Under the pieces are notes generated by a model that did not search any database, was not told where the DNA came from, and saw only the letters and a list, made by a program, of their open reading frames with translations. A program made the position numbers and the translations under genes. 64,000 nt of DNA from Clostridia bacterium (GTDB lineage: Bacteria > Bacillota > Clostridia > Oscillospirales > Acutalibacteraceae), in the NCBI GenBank assembly GCA_017937865.1, contig JAGBCU010000009.1, positions 7,573 to 71,572 of the forward strand. The letters run 5' to 3'. Below, piece by piece: positions 18,802-26,136 of the stretch (its first letter is position 1; each line of letters starts with the position of its first letter).

Positions 18802-18833
18802 AAAAACCGACTTGTCGAAACAAGTCGGTTTTT
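18802..18833. terminator. Bidirectional rho-independent terminator (terminates ssrA on the minus strand)
   Basis: AAAACCGACTTG (18803-18814) pairs with CAAGTCGGTTTT (18821-18832), with A and T runs on both sides. It lies directly 3' of the tmRNA CCA end. Confidence 0.8.
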
Positions 18834-18834
18834 C

Positions 18835-19186
18835 TGGTGGAGATGGCGGGAGTCGAACCCGCGTCCGAAAACCTATTCCCGAAACTTTCTACGAGCGTAG
18901 TCTATCTTTTAAAATTCCCTTAGGTTTACGCCGAAAGACAGGCTTAAACCCTCGGTAGCCCTTTAAACCGTGACAAAGTACAAGGCTATCCTTTGTTCAC
19001 GTGCACCGCTAAACGACGCCCTTATCTGAGTCGCGGTATTCTCAGTAAGGACGGCAGCTGACTTAAGCAGCTGCTAAAACTGTTTTATTATTGTCAGTTA
19101 TTTTTAAAATTGCGGCTTTTATAGAGGTACCGCACCTCTGCTCGCTTATAACGGTTCAAAATCCCCGTCGAAATCCTTTCATCCCC
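18835..19186 (-). ncRNA. ssrA: Transfer-messenger RNA (tmRNA, SsrA)
   Basis: Minus-strand 5' end GGGGATGAAAGGATTTCGACGGGG. 3' end GGACGCGGGTTCGACTCCCGCCATCTCCACCA (tRNA-like domain with T-arm and CCA). The internal tag frame ends ...GAC AAT AAT AAA ACA GTT TTA GCA GCT GCT TAA (DNNKTVLAAA stop) near 19064-19096. Confidence 0.95.
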
Positions 19187-19204
19187 ATATATTTCGCTAC
19201 GCTC

Positions 19205-19257
19205 AAGTGAAGAGGTAATAGTGAAAAGTGAAGAAGCTAAGGGGAAGCTACGCTTCC
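19205..19257 (+). repeat. Inverted-repeat copy A (32-nt perfect core plus hairpin), upstream of ssrA
   Basis: AAGTGAAGAGGTAATAGTGAAAAGTGAAGAAG (19205-19236) is the exact reverse complement of 23542-23573. The flanking hairpin is GGAAGC-TAC-GCTTCC. Confidence 0.9.
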
Positions 19258-19307
19258 GATTTTATTTCACATCAACCCACCTAATAGGTGAGTTGATGTA
19301 TGTAATT

Positions 19308-19904
19308 TTATTCAATGGTTATTTTAACGTTAGTGTTATCTTCTGCAACCACGTTAAGCAATTCGCCTGTTGCACCGTTTTCAACAAGAGAAAGTATTTC
19401 GTCTAACTGAACACTATCTATTGCACCGTTTCCCATTATTCCTGAAATACCGTTTCCGATTTTAGTGAAGTTTTTTATCATCATAAAAGGCAATGAAACG
19501 TTAACGGGATTCTGACCGGGCTTAACTACGTTAATATTGATTTTTAATTTACTTGTATCAACGGGTTGATTTGCTTTTTCTTCAGTTTTATTTTCTGCAT
19601 TGCTTTCAGGCTTTTTGCCTGTTAAAAGCCGGTCGGTTGTCATACCAAGTATATCAGCTATTTTAGGTAAAAGCTGAATATCGGGACAAGAAATATCGTT
19701 TTCCCATTTAGAAACAGCTTGTGCAGAAACGTCAAGCATCTGTGAGAATTCTTCTTGTGTGTAGCCGTGTGCTTTTCTGGCTTCTGCTATACGTGAGCCT
19801 ATTGTGCTTGAAGCATCGAAATCAAAATTGTTCTCATTTTGAACTGTAGGCTCAAACTCTTCTTCATTGTTATGTTTCTTTTTACTGAATATTGACATTT
19901 TCAA
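19308..19904 (-). CDS. XRE-family helix-turn-helix protein with an uncharacterised C-terminal domain
   Basis: HTH segment IGSRIAEARKAHGYTQEEFSQMLDVSAQAVSKWENDISCPDIQLLPKIADILGMTTDRLL. The C-terminal ~90 aa has no TM segment. Confidence 0.7.
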   Translation of the reverse strand: MKMSIFSKKKHNNEEEFEPTVQNENNFDFDASSTIGSRIAEARKAHGYTQEEFSQMLDVSAQAVSKWENDISCPDIQLLPKIADILGMTTDRLLTGKKPESNAENKTEEKANQPVDTSKLKININVVKPGQNPVNVSLPFMMIKNFTKIGNGISGIMGNGAIDSVQLDEILSLVENGATGELLNVVAEDNTNVKITIE

Positions 19905-20078
19905 AACTCCTTTCGGTAGTTGCTACCGTTTTTGTATCTTCATTGTAGCCTTAAAGCGTAAAAAAATGAAGAGAACAAAGGTTGAAAGGCAATAAAAACG
20001 ATAAACTATTAGTTGTTTTTTCTCAATTAACGACTAAACCAACGGTTGAAAAGCTGTATTTTTATTCTTTTTACGTGA

Positions 20079-20546
20079 TTATTGATTTCTGAAAGCCATA
20101 TTTCTTTCGATATCTCTCTGTGCAGATTTTTTAGCCTCTGCTTCTCGTTTGTCGTAATTCTTTTTACCCTTGCAAAGACCGATAAGCATTTTCGCCCTGC
20201 CTCTTTCGTTAAAATAAACAGAAAGGGGAATGAGTGAGCAGCCTTGCTGTTTAACCTCACCCATAAGCTTCATAATTTCTTTTTTATGCATCAAAAGTCT
20301 TTTAGGTCTTAATGGGTCGCGATTGAAACGGTTACCCATTTCATAAGGCGAAATATGAACACCGTTTGCAAGCATCTCACCGTTTACAACGTTGCACCAG
20401 GAATCCTTAAGATTCATTTTACCTGCACGTACTGATTTTACCTCGGTACCAAAAAGCTCAATGCCTGCTTCGTAGGTTTCAAGAACGAAATAGTCGTGGT
20501 AAGCTTTTTTGTTCTGTGCGACAGTTCTGTTTTCTTGTTTAGCCAC
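20079..20546 (-). CDS. smpB: SsrA-binding protein
   Basis: 155 aa. NKKAYHDYFVLETYEAGIEL.GTEVKS and the LLLHKKEI-like MHKKEIMKL motif. Confidence 0.95.
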   Translation of the reverse strand: MAKQENRTVAQNKKAYHDYFVLETYEAGIELFGTEVKSVRAGKMNLKDSWCNVVNGEMLANGVHISPYEMGNRFNRDPLRPKRLLMHKKEIMKLMGEVKQQGCSLIPLSVYFNERGRAKMLIGLCKGKKNYDKREAEAKKSAQRDIERNMAFRNQ

Positions 20547-20593
20547 AACTATCCCTCCTTGTAAATAATATTGTAGCTTGTAGTTGATTGGAC

Positions 20594-21193
20594 TTAAAGT
20601 TCGCTTCTGCCTGACAATGCTCTCATAAGAGTAATGTCGTCGGCATATTCAATATCTGCACCTACGGGTATGCCGTAAGCAAGTCGTGTAACCTTTACGC
20701 CGAAAGGCTTTATAAGCTTGCTTATGTACATAGCCGTAGTATCGCCCTCAATTGTAGGGTTCGTAGCCATAATTATTTCTGTTATGTTACCTGAAGATGC
20801 TCTTTCCACAAGGCTTTTAATAGTAAGCTGCTCGGGACCGATACCGTTCATAGGTGAAATAACACCGTGCAAAACGTGATAAACACCGCTGTATTCACGG
20901 GTTCTTTCCATAGCAAGAACATCTCTCGGGTCTTCCACAACGCAAACCAAGCCTTTATCTCTGTTTACACTTTCGCAAACCGGGCAGAGTTCGTTTTCAG
21001 TAAGATTGTGACAAACTGAGCAACGGTGAATTTTAGTGTGAGCATCAATTATAGCATCAGCAAATTCTTTTGCTTCATCATCCGTTAAATCAAGCACGTG
21101 AAAAGCCATTCTTTGAGCAGTTTTTCTGCCTATAGAGGGCATTTTCTGGAATTGCTCTATGAGCTTTTCAAGTGCGGCAACATCGTATGACAT
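20594..21193 (-). CDS. recR: Recombination protein RecR
   Basis: HhH (LPSIGRKTAQRMAFH), a C4 zinc finger (CSVCHNLTENELCPVC) and a Toprim region (VCVVEDPRDV). The start is either ATG 21193 or 21205. Confidence 0.95.
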   Translation of the reverse strand: MSYDVAALEKLIEQFQKMPSIGRKTAQRMAFHVLDLTDDEAKEFADAIIDAHTKIHRCSVCHNLTENELCPVCESVNRDKGLVCVVEDPRDVLAMERTREYSGVYHVLHGVISPMNGIGPEQLTIKSLVERASSGNITEIIMATNPTIEGDTTAMYISKLIKPFGVKVTRLAYGIPVGADIEYADDITLMRALSGRSEL

Positions 21194-21194
21194 A

Positions 21195-21542
21195 TCAGAA
21201 ACCAAAGCCTGCAGGAAGACCGAGACCGCTTGTAGCGCTACCCATTCTCTGCTCCATTGTGTCGCTTGCTTTACGGATAGCCTCGTTAGTAGCAGCTATA
21301 ATCATATCTGAAAGAATTTCAACGTCATCGGGGTCAACAACCTCGGGCTTGATGTTAACTTCGAGTACCTCGTGTTTGCCGTTTACTTTAACTTCAACAG
21401 CACCGCCACCGGCACTTGCTGAATATTCTGCTGCTTCAACCTCTTCCTGAATACGAGCCATTTCTGCCTGCATATCCTGGAGCTTTTTCATCATAGCTGC
21501 CTGAGAATTTCCGCCGCCTTGATTAGGAATTCTTGCTTTCAT
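21195..21542 (-). CDS. ybaB: Nucleoid-associated protein YbaB/EbfC
   Basis: 115 aa. MMKKLQDMQAEM...GGGAVEVKVNGKHEVLEVNI pattern, in the conserved position between dnaX and recR. Confidence 0.9.
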   Translation of the reverse strand: MKARIPNQGGGNSQAAMMKKLQDMQAEMARIQEEVEAAEYSASAGGGAVEVKVNGKHEVLEVNIKPEVVDPDDVEILSDMIIAATNEAIRKASDTMEQRMGSATSGLGLPAGFGF

Positions 21543-21567
21543 ATATTATACCGTCCTTTTAAAAAAA

Positions 21568-23430
21568 TTATTCTTCAACAATAAAATCAATATTGTGCTT
21601 ATCTAATTTACTGAGGAATGAGTCGATAGGCTCAGCATCGTCATCAGCTGTGGGTGATGAGCCGTCGTTGTATATCATAGGCTTAAGCTTTTCACCCGTT
21701 GCTCTCATAAGTGCCTCTGCAATAGAGTCTGCGTGAGCTTTTTGAGTGAACATTAATGGGAAGGCAGTGTTTTTAGCCTTTATAAATACAGTGTTACCTG
21801 CTCTGTAAGCAGTTGAGCCCATAAGCATAGGACCTAAAGGTCTGTTGATTTTTGCTAATTGGTTAAGTGTATTTTCCCAAGCGGCAAAAGGTACCGCGTT
21901 GTCAGTGTCAAGAACAATACCTGTATCAACAGGTTGCTTTTTCTGGGGCTCTTCTTTCACTGCCTCAACGGGCTTCGGTTGAGGTGCTTCAACCTCTTGA
22001 AGAGGTGTGTTGTCAACATCAACCGTATCAGTCGGAATTGCGTATTCCTTTTCCATTGGTGGCTCGTCAAAGGGGATATCATCGAAATCCTCTTCGTTAG
22101 AAATAACCTCTTCTTTAGGAAGCTTAAAAGGATTTTGGAATTCGTTCGCTTCATCTTCATTGTTATTTTCATCGCTGCTCTGTTGTTGCACAGCTACAGG
22201 TGTCGGAGCCTCTTTTTCAACCGCAGGAGCAGTCGCTTCGGGTGTTTGTTGCGGTGCAGAAGCTACCGTTACGCCTTGAGCCTTAATAAGCATTAATTGA
22301 GCCTCAAGCTCGTCAATTCTTCGCACAATTGCTTCGTTGTCTGTAGAAAGAGCAGGGGAGCAAAGACGAATTAAGGTTGTTTCTGTCTGAGCTCTTTGAT
22401 GAGAGCTGTATTTAAGCTGAGAAGCCTCTTTGCAAAGCGTTTCCATAATATGAAGAAGTGAACCGTAAGTCATTTTCTGACCGTTCTCTTTATACTTTGC
22501 AAGCTCCTCGGGAGTTGAAACTATAAACTTTTCGGGGTTTTTGGTGGTCTTTGCCATCATTATATTTCTGAAATGGTTTACAAGCTCACTCATAAGACGC
22601 TCCATATCGCAGGAGGATGAATGGAGTCTGTCTATAATATTCAAAACGGCAGAGCTGTCACCGTTTAAAATGGCGTCTGAAATTTCAAAAAGATAATCTT
22701 TACCTAAAAGACCTGCTGCATTACCTACGGTTTTTACTGTAATAGGCTCGTTGTAGCCTGCACATTGGTCAAGAATTGAAAGTGCATCACGCAAAGCACC
22801 GTCGGCAACTCTCGCTATAAGAAGAGCAGCATCGTTATCTAACTGAAGATTTTCGTTTTCTGCAACGGTTAAAAGTCTTTGAGCAATATCCTCAGGGGGA
22901 ATTCTTCTGAAATCAAATCGCTGACATCTTGAAAGAATAGTTGCAGGAAGCTTTTGTACTTCTGTTGTTGCAAGAATAAATAATACGTGCTGAGGTGGCT
23001 CTTCAAGTGTTTTAAGAAGTGCGTTGAAAGCACCTGAAGAAAGCATATGAACCTCGTCTATGATATAAACTCTGTATTTTGCGGCGGCAGGGGTGAAGTT
23101 TACCTCGTCGCGCAAATCACGGATATTATCAACGCTGTTGTTACTTGCAGCGTCAATCTCGGTAACGTCAAGAATAGAGCCATCATCTATACCACGGCAT
23201 ATTGAGCATTCATTACAAGGACTACCGTCCTGAGGATTAAGACAGTTTACTGCTTTTGCAAGAATTTTTGCACAGGTAGTTTTACCCGTTCCTCTTGAAC
23301 CGGTAAATAAATACGCATGTGAAAGTCGTCCTGAAGATATTTCATTTCTGAGCGTTTCTGTAATATGGTTCTGACCTGATACGTCTGAAAAAACCTGAGG
23401 TCGCCATTTTCTGTATAATGCTCTGTACAA
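21568..23430 (-). CDS. dnaX: DNA polymerase III subunit gamma/tau
   Basis: TTG start. YRKWRPQ.F, Walker A GSRGTGKTT, a zinc module CNECSIC, and SRCQRFDF. Acidic low-complexity linker in the C-terminal half. Confidence 0.95.
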   Translation of the reverse strand: MYRALYRKWRPQVFSDVSGQNHITETLRNEISSGRLSHAYLFTGSRGTGKTTCAKILAKAVNCLNPQDGSPCNECSICRGIDDGSILDVTEIDAASNNSVDNIRDLRDEVNFTPAAAKYRVYIIDEVHMLSSGAFNALLKTLEEPPQHVLFILATTEVQKLPATILSRCQRFDFRRIPPEDIAQRLLTVAENENLQLDNDAALLIARVADGALRDALSILDQCAGYNEPITVKTVGNAAGLLGKDYLFEISDAILNGDSSAVLNIIDRLHSSSCDMERLMSELVNHFRNIMMAKTTKNPEKFIVSTPEELAKYKENGQKMTYGSLLHIMETLCKEASQLKYSSHQRAQTETTLIRLCSPALSTDNEAIVRRIDELEAQLMLIKAQGVTVASAPQQTPEATAPAVEKEAPTPVAVQQQSSDENNNEDEANEFQNPFKLPKEEVISNEEDFDDIPFDEPPMEKEYAIPTDTVDVDNTPLQEVEAPQPKPVEAVKEEPQKKQPVDTGIVLDTDNAVPFAAWENTLNQLAKINRPLGPMLMGSTAYRAGNTVFIKAKNTAFPLMFTQKAHADSIAEALMRATGEKLKPMIYNDGSSPTADDDAEPIDSFLSKLDKHNIDFIVEE

Positions 23431-23520
23431 TTTTTTTCACATCCTTAATGTGCAAAATGCAAACTGTCGTAATGCTTGTAGTTTATGGTAAAAGTGCTAT
23501 TATGAGAATCTTACAATGCC

Positions 23521-23573
23521 TAGAAGCGAAGCTTCTCCGTACTTCTTCACTTTTCACTATTACCTCTTCACTT
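23521..23573 (-). repeat. Inverted-repeat copy B (32-nt perfect core plus hairpin), between ffs and dnaX
   Basis: 23542-23573 is the exact reverse complement of 19205-19236. The adjacent hairpin AGAAGC-GAA-GCTTCT (23522-23536) is positioned like the hairpin in copy A, with a compensatory G-C to A-T change in the closing pair. Confidence 0.9.
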
Positions 23574-23599
23574 TTTATTTACCGCAAGGTAAATAAAAA

Positions 23600-23746
23600 C
23601 TTACGCTCCACTCGGTCACACGACGAGCAGGCGGACTGTGGCGCACAGGACGGCCCGCTTAATGCTGCTCGGTTCCCCGCCTGACATGGTTCACGGTGCC
23701 CCGTCGCACAGGACCCACTCGTCGCATGACCGAATTGAGCGTAAGT
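23600..23746 (-). ncRNA. ffs: Signal recognition particle RNA (small, Alu-less type)
   Basis: The minus strand reads ...GTGAACCATGTCAGGCGGGGAACCGAGCAGCATTAAGCGG..., matching the domain IV core (GUCAGG...GGAA tetraloop...AGCAGC). A long closing helix pairs ACTTACGCTC...GGTCA...CGACGAG with CTCGTCG...TGACC...GAGCGTAAGT. It sits upstream of dnaX as in Bacillus. The exact ends are approximate. Confidence 0.8.
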
Positions 23747-23807
23747 AAATTAGTAGATATATTATATATTATATCAAATTAAAAATCAATAGAAAAAAGG
23801 AGAAAAA

Positions 23808-24551
23808 TCAGCCTTCGTATTCGTCCTCATTTTCCCAATTGTGCCAAACGTCCTGAATGTCGTCATTATCATCAAACATATCAAGCATTTTGCTCATATT
23901 TTTCATTGAGTCTTCGTCTTCAAGACGAGTATAAGTCTGGGGGATATATGCAGTTTCACTGCTTACAAATTTATAGCCTTTTGCTTCAAGGTCGCTTGTA
24001 ACTGCACCCAAATCGTTAGCGTCTGTACGGATTTCGAATATTTCTTCTTCATCTGTAATGAAATCGATAGCACCGCATTCGATAGCATCTTCCATAAGCT
24101 GGTCTTCGTTTACGCCCTCTTTTTCAACGATAATAACACCGTAGTAATCGAACATAAACATAACGCAACCGGAAGTACCCATATTACCGCCGAATTTATC
24201 AAAATAGTGACGAACATCACCTGCAGTACGGTTTCTGTTGTCTGTAAGAGCCTTTACAACAACAGCAACGCCGTTAGGACCATAGCCTTCGTAGATGATT
24301 TCTTCGTAGTTATCTGAAGATGTATCACCGGCAGCCTTTTTGATAATTCTATCGATGTTGTCGTTAGGAACGTTGTTTGCTTTAGCTTTGGCAATAACCT
24401 CTTTAAGCTTTGAGTTACCTGCGGGGTCGGGACCGCCCTCGCGAACTGCAACTGCAATTTCACGGCCGATTTTAGTAAAGACCTTTGCTCTTGCACCGTC
24501 TGTTTTTTCTTTCTTTCTCTTAATGGTACTCCATTTGGAATGTCCTGACAT
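23808..24551 (-). CDS. yebC: YebC/PmpR-family transcriptional regulator
   Basis: MSGHSKWSTIKRKKEKTDGARAKVFTKIGREI N-terminus is diagnostic. 247 aa. Confidence 0.95.
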   Translation of the reverse strand: MSGHSKWSTIKRKKEKTDGARAKVFTKIGREIAVAVREGGPDPAGNSKLKEVIAKAKANNVPNDNIDRIIKKAAGDTSSDNYEEIIYEGYGPNGVAVVVKALTDNRNRTAGDVRHYFDKFGGNMGTSGCVMFMFDYYGVIIVEKEGVNEDQLMEDAIECGAIDFITDEEEIFEIRTDANDLGAVTSDLEAKGYKFVSSETAYIPQTYTRLEDEDSMKNMSKMLDMFDDNDDIQDVWHNWENEDEYEG

Positions 24552-24852
24552 TTAAACTACCTCCAGAAAGTAGATTATATATTATATTATTACAACCACG
24601 ATATATTATCACAAAGGGTTATATTTGTCAATATTTAAACCGTTCCTTGTATTTGGTTTCAGCTGTTTTCTAAAGAGGATTTTATATCCTCTATGTATGT
24701 TTTTATATTCAAACGGGAAGAAATAATAGAAAATATACAAATAGGTCGGAGTTAATATGAAATTTACAAAAAAACTATGGAAAGATTTTCTTATATGTGT
24801 TAAAATGTTTTTTAACTGTGAAAACAAAAAACATTTTTTCGGAAGTGATGTA

Positions 24853-26136
24853 ATGAAATATAATTTCAATAAAAAAGATGTTTCTCAGGCTGTTTCCTTT
24901 TGCTCTATTACTGCAGACGGCTTTAAAACTGCTTGTGCATCTTTAAATTTTGTTATACCTTTAAGCGAAAAGGCTTCTCTTTTTGCTTTGATTCCTAACG
25001 TGCTTACAAGGTCTTCAGCGAAGTATCCTGATCTTACTGCAATTGAAAAGAAGCTTGCTCTTCTTTATGGTGCGGAGATTGCGGTTGACGTGAGCAAATC
25101 GGGTGAGCATCAAAGCTTGAAAATTGAAATTTCTTGTATTGACGACCGCTTTGCAATTGACGGTGAAAGTATTTCGGATGAATGCTGTGAAATGCTTTTT
25201 GAGCTTGTGTTCAACCCGAAGCTTGAAAACGGTTCATTTGAAAAAAATGTTGTTGAAAGCGAAAAAAGGCTTCTTTGTGAACGTCTTGCGGCAGAAAAAA
25301 GCGATAAAAGAGCATACGCTAAAAACCGTTGCGAAGAGATTATGTTTGCTGACGAGGTTTATGGCATAAACCGTTTAGGCACAATTGAGGCAATTGAAGA
25401 GGTCACCCCCGAAAGCCTTTATGAAGCATATAAAGAGCTTTTGAAAACTGCAGTAATTACAATGTGTGTTAGTGGCGGTAAGTTTTCCGGTGCAGAAAAA
25501 ATGTTTGAAGCCCAAATGCAGGGTATTTCCCGCGAGCCCGAATTAAACGAGACTCTTTTCGTTGAAAGTGCGGAAGATGTACAGTACGAAAAAGAGCAGG
25601 AAGACGTAAAGCAAGGTAAGCTTGTTATGGGCTTCAGAATGGGTATGAAAAATATAGAAGATAATTATTCTGCAAGAAGAATAATGGTTGACCTTTTTGG
25701 CGGTAGTCCTCATTCAAAGCTTTTTACCGTTGTTCGTGAAAAAATGAGTCTTTGCTATTATTGTTCTGCAAGATTTAACCGTAACAAAGGCGTAATGTTC
25801 GTTCAAAGCGGTATTGAAAGCTATAACGAAGAAAAAGCAAGAGAGGCTATTTTAGCTCAGCTTGAGGATATTAAAAACGGTAACTTCTCTGACGAGGATT
25901 TACAGGCAAGCAAAAAATCTCTTGAAGATGGATTTAAAACGGTTACCGACTCTCCTGAGGCTTTGGATAGTTGGTTTACTTCACAAACGATTACGGGTAA
26001 ATACCTTTACCCCGAGGATTTTATTGACGGCTTCAACAAGGTTACAAGAGAAGACGTTGTAAATGCCGCAAAGGATGTAACACTCGATACGGTGTTTATG
26101 CTTGAGGGTACTGCGGAAGGCGGTGACGAGGAATGA
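24853..26136 (+). CDS. M16-family (pitrilysin/insulinase) peptidase subunit lacking the zinc motif
   Basis: 427 aa measured from the ATG at 24853, the same length as its partner. It has no HxxEH motif and shows an ATGA overlap with the downstream M16 gene. Confidence 0.7.
   Translation: MKYNFNKKDVSQAVSFCSITADGFKTACASLNFVIPLSEKASLFALIPNVLTRSSAKYPDLTAIEKKLALLYGAEIAVDVSKSGEHQSLKIEISCIDDRFAIDGESISDECCEMLFELVFNPKLENGSFEKNVVESEKRLLCERLAAEKSDKRAYAKNRCEEIMFADEVYGINRLGTIEAIEEVTPESLYEAYKELLKTAVITMCVSGGKFSGAEKMFEAQMQGISREPELNETLFVESAEDVQYEKEQEDVKQGKLVMGFRMGMKNIEDNYSARRIMVDLFGGSPHSKLFTVVREKMSLCYYCSARFNRNKGVMFVQSGIESYNEEKAREAILAQLEDIKNGNFSDEDLQASKKSLEDGFKTVTDSPEALDSWFTSQTITGKYLYPEDFIDGFNKVTREDVVNAAKDVTLDTVFMLEGTAEGGDEE

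Noticed and set aside
15845-18834. Genomic island or prophage remnant integrated at the 3' end of ssrA
   Set aside because: No integrase, recombinase or phage genes are present. I could not spot a duplicated copy of the ssrA 3' end (att site) by eye. The GT10 context is noted as a finding, but no mobile element is called.
18669-18923. 84-aa plus-strand ORF from the six-frame track
   Set aside because: It runs through the hairpin array, the terminator and the 3' tRNA-like domain of tmRNA. Its reading frame is a by-product of the structured, GC-richer RNA sequence. It has no RBS.
21859-22296. Several 70-145-aa ORFs antisense to, or out of frame within, dnaX
   Set aside because: They are fully embedded in a confidently identified gene and have low-complexity translations, which is typical of shadow ORFs. 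The same reasoning applies to the other short track ORFs nested inside polA, the LRR genes, iorA, kdgK and others.
21568-23430. Programmed -1 frameshift site in dnaX (gamma/tau as in E. coli)
   Set aside because: I did not see an A-AAA-AAG-type slippery heptamer followed by a stem-loop when reading the minus-strand sequence. This was not searched exhaustively, so there is no claim either way.
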